This document shows, one piece after another, positions 1-13,490 of a DNA stretch of 64,000 nt. The notes under the pieces are model-generated. The model was given only the letters and a program-made list of their open reading frames with translations. It was not told where the DNA came from and did not search any database. The stretch lies in assembly GCA_964016885.1 (NCBI GenBank), contig OZ024741.1:266662001-266726000 (forward strand). Reading direction: 5' to 3'. Source of the DNA: Eledone cirrhosa. Lineage: Eukaryota. The position numbers were made by a program, and so were the translations under genes. Every line of letters starts with the position of its first letter. Positions within the stretch are counted from its first letter, which is position 1.

Positions 1-919
1 TTATTTCTCATAATTTAAAAAATTGTGTATCCATCTTGCTCTAGACCTACCAAATTAGGAGGAAAAAGAAAAGTTTTACTTCATTCACTTTAATAAGTTA
101 TGAGTGTAGTAAGACCAATATTGTGCTTGCTACTTAATGCTACAAAATTTAGATGAGAGCATCAGTTTTGAGCCCTTGAAACTCCGACACACATGCACAC
201 ACAGGCTATTGTAAAGAGAGGAAAATGGTGCTATTGTTGCCTGGGAAAAGGAAGTAAACAAAAATTTAAGAAACTTGTTGAAACTTTATAAAATGGATAA
301 AATAGTAAAAGAATATGTAATGTAGTTATGAAACAAAACTATACCCTAAATGACACTTTAAAATATTTAAAATATTATATTAAAACTTCATAAAAAAATA
401 TTTTCCACTTATGGGAACTTTAAAAGAACTCGTGCCATTGAAACATAATGTGTTGATTAACTACCTCGGATTATACATTTCTCAGACATAAAATATGAGG
501 GGGGGGGGGGAGTTGGTTTATAAATGAATATATACAACAGTTGGTTTTAATACTGTTTTTTTTTTTTTTTATGGGTGGTAGAAGATAATGTTTTTAAGTT
601 CAGGTTTGATATAGTAATGATAACTAAACACTTGGCCCAACCTTTTCTCCAGCTTATTTTGCCAAGTTCATGCAAGCATGGAAAATAGATATTTAAACTG
701 ATGATGATTGCTAGAACTGATTGGGAATGAAAATTACATTGTTTTCTCCTCCTCCCTCTACAGTGTGCAATAAATGAGATATCTGGATAAATTGGTTATT
801 TTAAACTTTATCCAAAATTTGACACTTTGGCGTTGAAATCTTTGTGAAGGTTAACTTTTTCATCTCCCCTGGACTTATATAAAGAGCCAGAAGAAACACC
901 ATAAATCTACTCCCATATA

Positions 920-1115
920 ATATTATTTTCTAATTTAGGCACAAAGCCAGTAATTTTGGAGTGGAGGAGAAAGTCAATTAAATTGACTTCAGTACTTCAC
1001 TGGTACTTAATTTTATTGGTCCTAAAAAAAACGAAAGACAAAGTTGACATCAGCAGGATTTAAACTCAGAATATAGTCAGGATAAATACCACAATGCAGT
1101 TCCTACCAATCTATC
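920..1115 (-). mobile_element. tRNA-derived SINE (family A), decayed
   Basis: Reverse complement of the consensus seen at 36836-37026. Confidence 0.75.
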
Positions 1116-1272
1116 ACCTTTATATAATACTACCACTAATAATAATAATAGTAGGATCAGCACACTTGCTAGAGTGAGAGTACTATCCTCACAGCAATAT
1201 TTACTTTGGACCATTGATGAAAACAAGAAACTCAGACACAAAAATCTATATATTAATACACTTGTACCATAT

Positions 1273-1832
1273 GTCCAACCGTGTGTGTCATGCTTTCAGT
1301 AATTACATAGTAATTTATATGCTGTTGAAATAAATCCCTATCATACATACAATAATTTGGTGTAATGCCTTGCGCCGAATATTTTCTTTCATTGTCTTAT
1401 CATTCACTACCCAAGAATGACTTCAACTCCCAGCAGAAGAAATTATATATTTTATATTACTATCGTGAGGTAAGTTGAAAATTGATAATACACTATTTTT
1501 GCCTCCGCCAAATAGGTAATGCTTTACCCTCAGTTAGTTTGTTTGTCATAAATAAAAACTTGTAACAAAAAAAAAAAAAACTGAGGGTAAAGCATTACCT
1601 ATTTGGTGGAAGTAAAAATAGTGTATTATCAATTTTCAACTTACCTCACGACAGTAATATAAAATATATAATTTCTTCTGCTGGGAGTTGAAGTCATTCT
1701 TGGGTAGTGAATGATAAGACAATGAAAGAAAATATTCGGCGCAAGGCATTACACCAAATTATTGTATGTATGATAGGGATTTATTTCAACAGCATATAAA
1801 TTACTATGTAATTACTGAAAGCATGGTTGGAC
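1273..1832. repeat. Long near-perfect inverted repeat (arms ~1289-1535 and ~1579-1825, ~45-nt loop)
   Basis: catgctttcagtaattacatag...gctttaccctcagtt is the reverse complement of aactgagggtaaagc...ctatgtaattactgaaagcatg with only a few mismatches. Confidence 0.95.
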
Positions 1833-2082
1833 GTACTTTACTTAAGTTACTAGAAACATTGTATATAGGGAAGTGCTTTAAAGGATGTTTTTTGTGTGTA
1901 CTTTTATGAAATTATTTTAAATAAACTTACATTATTATACATAAAATAAAGGAAAATATAATTGTTTATTCACCAAAATACTGCAAATCAAACAACTTTG
2001 ATTAACTGATAAATATTCATTGGACAATATTTAAATTTAAAAAATTATCCGTGAATTTTTTCACAGGTCCAGCTAGTAGATA

Positions 2083-2245
2083 ATAATAGTTTCTGATTTA
2101 GGCACAAGGCCAACAATTTTGGGGAGGGGAAAGTCAATTAAATCGACACCAGTGAGTTACTGGTACTTTATTTTATCGGCCACATAAGAATGAAAAGCAA
2201 AGCTAGCATCAACGGGATTTGAAATCAGAACTTAAAGGACTGTGA
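2083..2245 (-). mobile_element. tRNA-derived SINE (family A)
   Basis: ttaggcacaaggcc...actggtactttattttatcg...gggatttgaa; same family as 41253-41470. Confidence 0.8.
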
Positions 2246-2303
2246 CAAAGTTGAGTTGGTTTTTATAAGAGTGTAAATCTGAATGTTTGTACCCCTCATA
2301 CAG

Positions 2304-2436
2304 GTCACCACTCCGAACAGCTCTTGAACGACAGAAACAGCAACAGTACAAAGCTGGTTGGTTAACTTCACCTAACACATATAAAAAGCAAGAAATTGAT
2401 GAAATTGGCACAACACGTCCAAAGAAAATTACAAAG
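2304..2436 (+). CDS. hts: Adducin (hts/ADD-like) internal exon, neck region
   Basis: cag|G...AAG|gtaag. Encodes SPLRTALERQKQQQYKAGWLTSPNTYKKQEIDEIGTTRPKKITK, matching the recalled adducin/Hts motif WLNSPNxY...GTxxPKKITKW. Upstream exons lie outside the window. Confidence 0.93.
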
Positions 2437-2459
2437 GTAAGAAGAAACAAGAAATATGT

Positions 2460-2770
2460 TATCAAACTTTCTGTTCATTATAAGGTTGAGTTTGATTTCC
2501 GGACTGGACAGAAAATTGTGTCCTTGAGCAAGTCACTTTATTTCATGTTGCTTCAGTCCCCTCAGCTGGAAAAAAATGAATTGCAATGACACTGGTTCCA
2601 GGCTGTATTGGTCTTTGCTTTTCCTTTGGACAATATTAGTAGCATGGAGAGGGGAAAATGATATGCATGGGTGATTGCTGATCTTCTACAAAATATTGGG
2701 CTCTGGTTTGCACCATCAGAACTTTCCAGGTGTAAACCCATGGTCAGTTATGACCAAGGTGAACTTTTTT
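2460..2770 (+). mobile_element. CORE-type SINE, decayed
   Basis: tgtgtccttgagcaagtcactttatttcatgttgcttcagtcccctcagctgg resembles the MIR/CORE domain. Confidence 0.65.
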
Positions 2771-3086
2771 ACTGAGGGCTTGCAAATTGTTTTCAAATTT
2801 ATTTGTTCATGATATTGCTATTGAGAATTGTCTCCCTTGGTATTTTACTGTGTGCGTAGATGTATGTTATGGGGTGGAGTTAAATTAAAATCATCCAACA
2901 AAATTTTATATAAGAACCTTTTATTCAGTTATCTTAGTATTGAAATAATTTTAGTAAATCTCTAAATTGTTGTTGAATTAACTGAACTAGTGTATTTCAT
3001 TAAAAAACATGACCACAAAAGGTAAACGTCAATTTAACAATTTACAAACATAAAATTTTTTTTTTTTTTCCTTAAATAATTTTCAG

Positions 3087-3200
3087 TGGGTTCCTGAGAA
3101 TTCGGACGGTACAAAAAGTGTTAATGTAAAGATAGAAAAAGCAAACCAATTTGCACCACAGGGAGAAAACCCTAAGGAATTTAGAGAGAAACAAAAACAG
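3087..3200 (+). CDS. hts: Adducin exon (WVPENSDGTKSVNVKIEKANQFAPQGENPKEFREKQKQ)
   Basis: tttcag|TGG...CAG|gttagt, 114 nt, phase 0-0. Continues KKITK-W and carries the QFxPxGxNPxEF motif. Confidence 0.93.
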
Positions 3201-3649
3201 GTTAGTTTTTATTGAGTTATTATATTGAGTGAAGGTGTCTTCCTGTAACTATATTAAACATACTACAGCTACCATAGCAACAAACTCAGGATTTGAATAC
3301 TGATGAAAAGCTAGTGACCAATACTTATTATTGGTTAAATGGAATATATGAATAATGGTAATATTCTGTAAGGCTGTAGTTTGGTCGGCGTAATTAGCCG
3401 TGGCCATCATTGGTATGTGAATCCCTAAGTAGCACCAGTACTAGAGAGGTTGTCAGGTCTTGGATTTGACTAAAGAGCCCTCCCTATTAATTGAATGCCA
3501 ACCACTTCACAAAGTGTACTGGTTGCATTTTCTAGTGTCATGAATACTGTGGTGTGGAATTTTGTATAGTGTATATATTTTACCTACTGATGGTACTATC
3601 TTAAATCTGTTGAATTTTACAGTGTATATATTTTACCTTCTGATTTAAA

Positions 3650-4120
3650 TACCATATTTGACATCTTATAAGGCACACTTATTTTTTTTCAAAAAAATGT
3701 CCCAGAAAATCACCCTGCATCTTATACGGTTAAAGGTCAGTTTGGGTTATTGGCTAGTGGAGTTCTAGTGCTGTAGTGGCTTTTAATTTAAACTGCAAAC
3801 ATCTCCACAAATGTAAACAAGGTGGTGATCACTTCTCTACCATAGCTTAATAAATTTTATAATGAATAAAATAAATTTTCACTTTTGTTTTAAAAATGTA
3901 CTCAATAGTTCAACAAAAAATGCAATTTTTATGCAAATTTATTTTCACACTTCCTTATATTTTAAAAATGTACTAAAATATTACTAATGTATTACGATGT
4001 AGAATGATAATAAAAAAAATATGATGTACGAACTTTATCCTTCACTATTTCTTTAAATACCAGCCGAAATTGTGGTGCATCTTATAAGTCCATGCGTCCT
4101 ATAAGCCATCAAATATGGTA
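3650..4120. mobile_element. Tc1/mariner(pogo)-like MITE
   Basis: Terminal inverted repeats taccatatttga...tcaaatatggta with TA ends; no ORF. Confidence 0.75.
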
Positions 4121-4187
4121 TATTAAATCTGTTGAATTTTACATAGCGTTTATATTTTATCACCTGATATCTTAAATCTATTTTCAG

Positions 4188-4280
4188 ATCCGTAAGGATT
4201 ATTATGAAGAAAGAGTGCATGCTGGTCCTCAGTCCAAAGTTCTAGAGGGAGCCACTTGGGAAGAAGCTCAAAAGATGAAG
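4188..4280 (+). CDS. hts: Adducin exon (IRKDYYEERVHAGPQSKVLEGATWEEAQKMK)
   Basis: ttttcag|ATC...AAG|gtatct, 93 nt. Contains the adducin AGPQS..LEG.TW motif. Confidence 0.95.
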
Positions 4281-4539
4281 GTATCTTTAATTTTTTTTTA
4301 TTTTATGGCTTTACTTTTTCACAGCAATTAGAGCTGACCCTTTGATAACGAATTAAAATTCGTTCCAAAACTTTGTTACCACATCGATTAAGATACAATT
4401 ATTTAGGGACATTTCATTCTAAAGCATCACTACTGAAAGTCTGCATCAAAAGCTTCTCTTAAAAATTAATTAGATCTACCAAATAAAATAATAATAAAAG
4501 AATAAACAAAAAAAGAAAAAAAAACATTAATCTCTTAGT

Positions 4540-5035
4540 TTAACCCTTTCATCACCATATTTCTAATGAAAGACACTGCCTATATTTTTAGAATACCTTT
4601 GAAAATTTAGTAACATAACCAACTTCCTCATTAAGCTGTTGTTTGGAACATAACAAAGGCTTTTATGATGGAAGATTTTAGATAAGCAATAGGGTAACGT
4701 ATAGCTGGGCAATAGGGTAACGTATGGGTGGGAAATAGGGTAATGTATGGGGTTTTTTAAACAGTTTTGCCTGATAGTACAGGGTGGTCTTGTATGAAAA
4801 GGGTTAACCCTTTTGTGACCATATTTCAAATGAAATTACAATTCATTTTGAAAATAATCCTGAATTTGGATCTATTTCATAATATAACCAATTTTCTCAT
4901 TCTTAAGCAAGTGTTTGGAACATAACTTAACAAAAAGTCGTACATAAAATTATGATGGAAGGGTTTTAGATAAATATAAGCATATTAGTATTGTAGAACC
5001 AGGAATGGTTTCAGGCAGGTTTGTACCCAAATAGT
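4540..5035 (+). mobile_element. Two abutting copies of an abundant TTAA-flanked (piggyBac-like) MITE
   Basis: ttaacccttt...aaagggttaa termini. The copies share a TTAA at ~4804-4807. The same ~270-bp body recurs about 20 times up to 36.4 kb. Confidence 0.7.
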
Positions 5036-5072
5036 TGTCTTTTGTTCTAATTCTCTTGTATTTTTATTGCAG

Positions 5073-5265
5073 GATGGAAACCTGAGTAGTGCATCAGACA
5101 GTGTAGTGATGATTGGTTCCGCCTCCAAGGGCATCATCCAGCGTGACCACCAGCACAATGCCATTGTCTACAAGTCACTTTATTCTCCTAACCCTTTTGA
5201 AAATGTCTCTGAAGTTGAACTTGCGAAATATAAAGAAAAGGTAGAGGGAAAAACTACTGAAGCAG
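5073..5265 (+). CDS. hts: Adducin exon (DGNLSSASDSVVMIGSASKGIIQRDHQHNAIVYKSLYSPNPFENVSEVELAKYKEKVEGKTTEA)
   Basis: ttgcag|GAT...GCAG|gtaag. Contains the SKGIIQR..QHNA.VY and NPF....EL..YK motifs of Hts/adducin. Ends in phase 1. Confidence 0.96.
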
Positions 5266-5783
5266 GTAAGGCACCCTGGCAGTTTTTTAGTACTTGAAAG
5301 GTGGGTGGGCAATAGGGTAACATATGGGGTTTATTGATCCACACAACCTTCATTTTATTTATATAGTCTACCACAAGGAAAAATAAAACAAAAAGATTTG
5401 TTTCTCTACAAGTTTAGTGTGTTCATCCACTGCCCAAGCTATGAGATGCTAATCAGTAAGGACCGTGTGTATACAACAAGCATTGTAAGACCCTTTTTTT
5501 TCTCTGCTAAAGTAAGAGTTAATCTTGTGGACTTCATGGCCATCATTAGCTTCTTAGTGAAATGATTTTATATGGCCAGATGCTGTTCGTGGTGCCAACT
5601 CTTTTAGTTGCCTCCTACAACACTGTTCAAACCTGAATAATGATGGGGACCAGCAGATTTAAAAAGACAGAACCCTTACAACTCTATTAGGGTTTATAGA
5701 ATTAGAAATCAGTGTCTTACATAAATTTACTGTAAAATCTTTTTTGGGGAGCTGAGTTTTAGCTATTTTTGTTCCTGTTTCAG

Positions 5784-5891
5784 ATTCCGAAGACACCGAA
5801 CCTGCTCCTGATGGTCGCCTCATCTCAACTGAAGAAAGAATGCAACAAATTCGAAGTGATGGTGTTGACTTGAAGACGGAAGCTGAAGCGG
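5784..5891 (+). CDS. hts: Adducin tail exon (DSEDTEPAPDGRLISTEERMQQIRSDGVDLKTEAEA)
   Basis: tttcag|AT...GCGG|gtatgt, 108 nt, phase 1-1, open in frame with the previous exon. Confidence 0.85.
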
Positions 5892-8800
5892 GTATGTATT
5901 GATATGTTTCTTTATTTGTCATCTCCTAATCAGTTTTTTTTTTCCATAGTCTTCTGTGGTCACCAATACCAGAATCTGTCAACATCTCATATCTTTTTTG
6001 TTGTCCTACAATCATACATTTGTGATTCTATTTGATGATGGTGTAGAAATAATCATTGGCTTGGTCACCTTATTCTTGTTCATAATCTTTTGGTTACCAT
6101 ATTTCTAAGGAAAGACATTGCCTATTGATTTTCAAATAATTTTGAAAATAATTAATTCGAAGGGATTAAGTTATATAATTAATTTTTCTCAAAATGTTGA
6201 AACTATGCTTTCTTTAAACTCGAGTCTAAAATCTATCTGTATTAGGATAATTGGACTAACTAGTTTACAGAAATGAAATACCAAATTTAATTTCAATGTA
6301 TATCCATGAAGTTAATTTAATCCCTTAGTTCTCATTGAAGGATCACATAGTGGAATAGTTAATAATTTGTCATTTTCAAATCAACCAAACTATTCAAACT
6401 TAGTTATCTTAAACTATTTTAGTTTACCTACCATCCATCTCCCTTTTGGAGAATATATTTCATCAGTAACCTTTGCTGTAAAGTTGATAAAATACTATCC
6501 CCTCTTTTATCGAATACATTTCATCAGTACCCCTTGCTGTAAAGTTGATAAAAAAAAATTACACCTTCTAAAAAACTATATTCAAGCATTTATTGAAAAA
6601 TTAAAGGTGATAGTTTTATGAGTAACTATAATTTGTATTCTTTTTCTATTTTCTCCCTCATAACTCCTTGCCTTCTGCTGACACCTGTAACGCCCCTTGC
6701 CATTTAATGTCCCCTTCAGCCTTCCACTGAGACCCTCATTGCACTCTAGCCATTTAGTGCTCCCTTTCAACCGTCCAAGGATACCTCCTAAACACCCACT
6801 TCCTTGCCATCCAGTACCCTGAATGGGACAGTAGCCCTCACTTAGACACTCAAGTCATTATACTTGATCCTGAAGCTTTAGAAATGTTCTCTCTGTCTCC
6901 TCGTGATGTTGGACAGTTCAGTTTGTCTTTAGAAAAAAAAATCTCTAGTTTCTACAACAGATTTAACATAACACTTATTGTCTCTACTCAGAGTTCTGCC
7001 TCTTCAAACTAAATCTTAAATAAGAAAAAATACAAAATCGTTTTTTCTTTTTCCTAAAATTGATTTCCATAATCTATGGAACAATATTATTTAATCATTG
7101 CCAGCATCTTGGTTTGTTGTTTGTATTATACTGTATTTTGTTTTTGTTAAATGTTTAGTAAATTTTTAGTTTGTGTTATAAAGATTGGTGTACATCAGAT
7201 ATTTCTCAATCTGAACCTCATGACTGGGAGTAAAGAAAAAAAATTCAAATAACCCTTTTGCTAAATCCAGTTTTAAAAACATTATTCCAAAGTTAAAAGT
7301 ACTTAGATTATTATTTAAAAACCCTTTTGTTACTATATTTCTAACAAAAAAACGCTACCTATGATTTTCAAATCCTTTTGTAAATAATCAAGAATATGTA
7401 AGATAGAAGGCTTTTAGATAAATATAAACACTTTAAAATAAACAGGTTTGTATTCGTAGAACCAGGAATGGTTTTAGACAGTTTGGTATCAAAATTGATG
7501 AAGTTTAACAGCCACCAAGAATAAGTGAAGTAGTCACTACTTTCAAATTCATAGCGAATGGTCTTCAAAATGTTTTTAATTAAACATAACAGTATATTAT
7601 CAAATATACTATACATTCATATATACATTGCTATTTCAGAGCACCAATACTAATATATACTTAGTTTAGTGTTTGTTAATCTTATTGTCCAGTAATCTTC
7701 AAGTTTGTTGGCCATTTTAAGAAACTGCTTTAGACCTTTCATTAACATGTTTTTAATGAAAGGCAGTGTTAGGAGGATTCTTGAACTGTCAAAGGCGTGG
7801 CAACCTCCCTTGTTTGGTTGTCATGATAAAATACCCCCCGCTATGTGAGTTGCAGGCTTTCTGTTCATTTGTTCATTTCATACTTGAATACTAACTTGGT
7901 CTGCTGACAGCCCATGCGACCCTTGCTTGGAAAGAAAGTGAATGTTAAATGATGACTGATGATTTTCAAATAATTTAGAGGGATTTAATACTTCAACTCC
8001 TTATTAGGAGCATAATTTAACAAAAGTTCTTGCATAAAACTATGATGGAGGGTTTTTAGATAAATATAGACATTTTGAAATATACAGCTTAGTATTGTAG
8101 AACCAGAGGTGGTTTTCTATCAAAAGGGTTACAATAATAATGTAATCAACTCCCTTAGATAATACAGACCTCCAAACTGTTAGCAGGAGCTGGTCATTTC
8201 ATGAATTTTTTTTTTTTTTTCAGTTATTTCAGTGAACTGTAACCATGACAACCTTAACCCTTGCATGTGTTGCATTAACTTTTATTTTCTAATGATTGAT
8301 TTACTAACTTTTTACATTTCCAGATGTCTTTGTATGTATTGTTCTAGAACAGTGATCAGGAACCTGCGTCTCTTTAGCCTCCTTGTAATGGCTCTTGGGC
8401 ACTCTGAACTTTATTTTTATTATTATTATTATATAATAATGACTTGGATTGGCAGAATTGGTAGAGCATTGAACAAAATGCTTTTTGGTATTTAGTTGCA
8501 GCTCTTTACCTTGTAAGATCACCTTTGCCTTTCCTCTTTTGATAAAGTACCAGTCAAGTACTGGGGTTGATTTAACCAACATTCCTCTCCCACCAAATTA
8601 CTGGCCTTTTGCTTGAATTAGAAATTATTATGTCCCAGACATTGAAGAAATTTTAGGTAAAATTCAAAACTAAAAATCACATTTAGTGAGAAAAAGGTTA
8701 GTTAAATTCATATCTTCTTGTATTTTAGTTTATAATAAATTATGTAGCTTTGATAGTCTCAAATATTTGTTTAAAGCTAAAAATGGCTCTTCAGATTAAA

Positions 8801-9579
8801 AAGGTTCCTGAACCCTGCTCTAGAATAGCAGATGCCTTTGTCAAAATTTCTATTTATATTAGTTTCTTGTTCTATGTATGTATATAAGTCCTTGTACTTG
8901 CTTGTGTGTACATGTGAGTGTTTATATATAATGTATGTAGTATGTATTGTTTGTATACACGTTTTTCATATTTTGTGTACATGTTTAGGCAAGTACTTGT
9001 ATTAGATATATCATTTTACCCTATCTCACCTTGTAGATTGGTGATAGGGGTAAAAAGTGTATTTTCTCATCTGTCCACTAAATGAAACTAAATACTTTAC
9101 TTTCAACTTGATGGATGGTTATGTTGAGAAAAACATGTTTATTACAATAAGTTATCTTCATAGTGACATAACTATATATACATATATAAATGTCTGTGTG
9201 TTATGTGAAGCACCCTGTTCACTCTATTAGGTGGTCATTTTGGTGCCATGAGGAAAAGCATCCCCATCCATGCTATAATGTGGTTGCCATTAGGAAGAGC
9301 ATCCAGCTGTAGAAACCAAGCCCAAAACAGATCTGTATGAGTAAGACATGATCACTTAACCTGACCTAGCTAGTCTCATAGCATGACAACCTGTCTATGC
9401 AAGCATAGGGAATAGACATTAAATGGTGATGATGATGGTGCTGCAATAGATAGATAAAGATGTGGCAGTTAGAATGTCCAAAGGTGTGGAGAGAAATCTA
9501 TCTTGTGAGAAGAATTATGTGCTCTAATATAGTCCAAAGTTTACATCCAGCTTTTCATGTTTGTAAATATGGCCATGAG

Positions 9580-9624
<45 letters not shown>

Positions 9625-11348
9625 CCTAGACTTGTTGATTTATACAGTTGTTTGATAAATGACTTATTCCTTACATATACAGATTCACTTCATGTGTTTA
9701 ATGTACAGTAAACAAACATTGCATTGGTCTAGATATTAATACCAATCTTTTAGGTAGCCATGTTCTTCAATCCCCTTCACTTAACCCTTTTGTGATCATA
9801 TTTCTAATGAAATACTCTGTATTTCAATTTAATGAAAAAATTGGAGGGATTTCCTAAAATTTATTATTAATGGTATTGGTAACTTATGGGAAAGTTATAT
9901 GAAATTATGATAAAAGAATTAAATTTAACCCTTCCGTTATCATATTTCTACTGAAATACAGTGCAACAGTTGGGGCTTAATCATGTGATGAACCAGCATC
10001 CTGTTTTGTACTCTGTTACTTAACACCAGTGAAACTGAGATAAATTCAACACTGATGAACCTTTAGGTTTTAGACAGACATAGAAATAATTTGTTTAGTA
10101 TAGAAAATAGCAGCAAAGTAAGTCATAAGATCTGATAGAATGCTTTGCTCTCTGAGTTCTAATCCCACCGAAGTCAACTTAACCTTTCATCCATTCAAGG
10201 TCGATAAAAATTTTTGTTTTTTTAAAATACCAGTCAGTTCTTCCTCAATATCTCTTTCTCACTTCCTTTCCCTCACTTTCTATCCTTCTTTGGAAGAAAT
10301 CTGCTGTATTCAGACCCGGAGAGGTGATGGGCTCTGCCAGGTTTTAAAATGTCCTAGAAACGCCATATTTTCAATATATTTCCCCTATGACTCCTTCGGG
10401 AGTTACCAGTCCATACATATATACATATATACAATAGAGACCATGAGTATGCTGAACTGGCAGTTGATAGTATTGGAATAAAATGCTTTTTGATTTTTGT
10501 TTTTCATTCTTTTGGGGTTGATAAAGCCCAGGGCAGTGGATTAGCAGAATTGTGGTCGACATGATACCTGATTGTGTCTCTTTTGGCCCTTTTCACTCTG
10601 AGTTCACCTGTGATGTCACTTGTGCCAAGCTGGTGATGTGGACAAGAGAGATTGTTATGCATGAGCGAATGCTAGTCTTTCACAAAACACTTCGCCAATG
10701 TCTGCACTTCTGAGAAGAAATTACCATGGTCAGCCATGACTGAATGAGGCCTATAATATATCAAGAAAGATCAATCAATTTTATCTATTTTTAATGGCGA
10801 TAGTAACTAATTTATTGCAGCCCTTTGTATCAGGTTTAATGGTAAGAGGTTAGTCCAGTTTAAAATCTTAGTTGGTATAGTTTTATTTAACCATTTCATG
10901 ACTATTTTATTCTATATTTCAATAAATTTTAAAAAGTTTGCCCTCTCAATTTCACTCACAAGGCTTGAGTTGACCCGAGGGTATGGTAAATGATACTTGT
11001 TGAGATGCCATACAGTAGGACCTTGTGATTGCTAGGCTAATTTAACCACTCAGCCATACCTGCCTCCAACTACTAGTCTGCTATTGGTCAATGTATTGAC
11101 TTAAATATCTAACATTGTTTTCTCAACAGGTTAACATTGTCTGGCCTTTTCTTTGACTATTATTTTAAGTCTTTTCTCATCAAATTATTTCTGAATATAC
11201 AATTTAACTCTTTCATTACCATACGTCTAATGAAAGACACTGTCTATGATTTTCAAATAATTTTCAAAATAAAGAATTTGGAGAGATTTAGTAATATAAG
11301 TAACTTTTTTATTATTAAATTGGTTTTTGAAACCTAACAATTTAAAGA

Positions 11349-11519
11349 TACCCTATTTCCTGGCGCCAAAGGCGCTTCATCTTTGAGGACGCACCCTAAT
11401 TTTGACAACCAAAAATTTGAAAAAAAATAATAAACAACCTTCGGCCTCCAAGACGCATTGTAGATTTTTGAGACTTATTTTAGGAAAAAGTAGCGTCTTT
11501 GACACCGGGAGATACGGTA
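11349..11519. mobile_element. Mariner/pogo-like MITE nested in a TTAA-MITE copy (11205-11630)
   Basis: Imperfect TIRs taccctatttcctggcgccaaaggcgc / gcgtctttgacaccgggagatacggta. The host MITE resumes on both sides. Confidence 0.7.
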
Positions 11520-11959
11520 CTTAAATAAAATTATGATGGAATGGTTTTCAGATAAATATAAACACTTAAAAACAAACGGCTTTGTATCATAAAGCCAGGA
11601 GTGTTTTAAGGCAGTTTGGTATCAGAAAGCTGCACATGGTAGTTTTGTGAGGAAACCTAGTCAGTAGCTTATTGATGACATGTTCCATTTAATCAATACA
11701 GATATTTTATAATAGCTAGATTTTTCATTGTCAAACAAGGAGCTATTTATTTAGTAAAAGATAATGATCTGTTTATTAACAGCCCAGCATTAACTAAGAG
11801 GTTGAAAAATCACCTCCAAACAACCAGACACACAAATACCCCAAAACACTCCAACAGCATCCTACACTCCCCCAAATAATGTACTGGAATACACAGCATC
11901 TGTACAACACACCAAAACACTAAAAACATTAACTGTATAATATTGATTTTATATATATA

Positions 11960-12205
11960 GGTGAAGGCATGTGGCCTAGTGGTTAAGGTGTTGAACTTAC
12001 GATCAATGTCATGGATTAAATTCTTATACCAGGTGGTGCATTGTGCTCTTCAGCAAAACACCTTTTCACATTGCCCTAGTACTCTCAGCTGAAAACTAGC
12101 CGTAGCTGGGGGTTTTAACCCTCTGGTTGACTGATAACCTGTCCAGGACGCAGTCTTGTACTCTGTCACTCACTAGTGGAAACTGGCCTGATGGTTTGGG
12201 AAAAA
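11960..12205 (+). mobile_element. CORE-type SINE
   Basis: tRNA A-box tggcctagtggttaag followed by a CORE-like ttgtgctcttcagcaaaacacc...ctcagctgaaaa segment. Confidence 0.7.
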
Positions 12206-12207
12206 CT

Positions 12208-12367
12208 TATATGTATATATATATGTATATATGTATATGTGTATTTATGTATGTATATATGTATATATATACACATATATATACACATATATATACACAT
12301 ATATATACACATATATACACATATATGTATATATATGTATATATATACACATATATGTGTATATGTG

Positions 12368-12451
<84 letters not shown>

Positions 12452-12577
12452 CACATATATATACACATATATGTGTATATATGTATATATATATATGTAT
12501 ATGTATATATATACACATATGTATACACATATATACACATATATGTGTATATATATATATATACACATATATACACA

Positions 12578-12608
<31 letters not shown>
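12208..12608. repeat. Compound (TA/TG/CA)n microsatellite
   Basis: Direct inspection. Confidence 0.97.
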
Positions 12609-12614
<6 letters not shown>

Positions 12615-12868
12615 CTGTAATTAGAGAGTGATTATTTGCTAAATTATGATTACATAATAGGATCAAACGGAAAGAGGTTGTGTTGATTTAAGAACCAGAT
12701 TGGGATGAAACAAGTGAGAATGTCAACTGTGTGTGATACCTTCTAAAACACATTGTTGATGGGTGGGTAAGTAGTAGGGACTGGTAAAGATGTTGAATCT
12801 ATACTGAGCCAATTGGACTGGCTACAGTTTACAGAAATCAAATTTCGATATATATTGATGAAGTTAAC

Positions 12869-13242
12869 TTAACCCTTTCACTACCATATTTCAGTTAAGA
12901 CTGCCTAAAATTTTCAAATAATTTTGAAAATAATCAAGAATTTGGCAGGTTTTAGTAACTTTCTCATTATAAAGCTGGTGTTTGGAATATAACTTAAATA
13001 TTCTTACATGAAATATAATGGAAGGTTTTTAGATAAATACAAACGTTTTAATCCTTTTGTTGCCATATTTCTAAGATAATTAAGAATTTGAAGGATTTAG
13101 TAATATGTCCCATTTTTTTAGCTGGTGTTTGAAACATAACTTAACAAAAGGTTCTTACATAAAATGATGGTTTTTAAATATAACCACTTTAAAATGAAGT
13201 TTCGTACCATAGAACCAGGGGTGTTGGTATCAAAAGGGTTAA
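12869..13242 (+). mobile_element. Tandem copies of the TTAA-flanked MITE
   Basis: Starts ttaaccctttc, ends aaagggttaa, with an internal restart at ~13048. Confidence 0.7.
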
Positions 13243-13457
13243 ACTGGTGTTTGAGCATTAAAATTATGATGGGAAATTCATTGATAATAATAGAGACTTT
13301 TCAGTAAAGAGCTTCATATTATAGAAGCAGAGGTGTTTTCAAGCAGTTTGATGTTAAAAGGTTTACATTTACAAGTGCCATATTCTCACCTGTCTTGTTT
13401 TCTTTTACCTCTGCTTCCCTAAAACCTATAAAATAGACCCTCAATTATGCTTTTCAG

Positions 13458-13490
13458 ATAATAAGAAGCGGCTGTCAACCTCAAACCAAG
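13458..13490 (+). CDS. Candidate 33-nt adducin cassette exon (DNKKRLSTSNQ) with a GC donor, or a terminal exon reading to TAG
   Basis: ttttcag|ATAAT...CAAG|gcgagt, phase 1-1. An alternative in-frame acceptor at 13437 follows a pyrimidine tract. Confidence 0.4.

Noticed and set aside
12127-12666. Long YI/HT/CV-rich ORFs here and at ~38.4-40, 53.2, 61.6-63.9 kb
   Set aside because: Translations of dinucleotide microsatellites, which are open in many frames.
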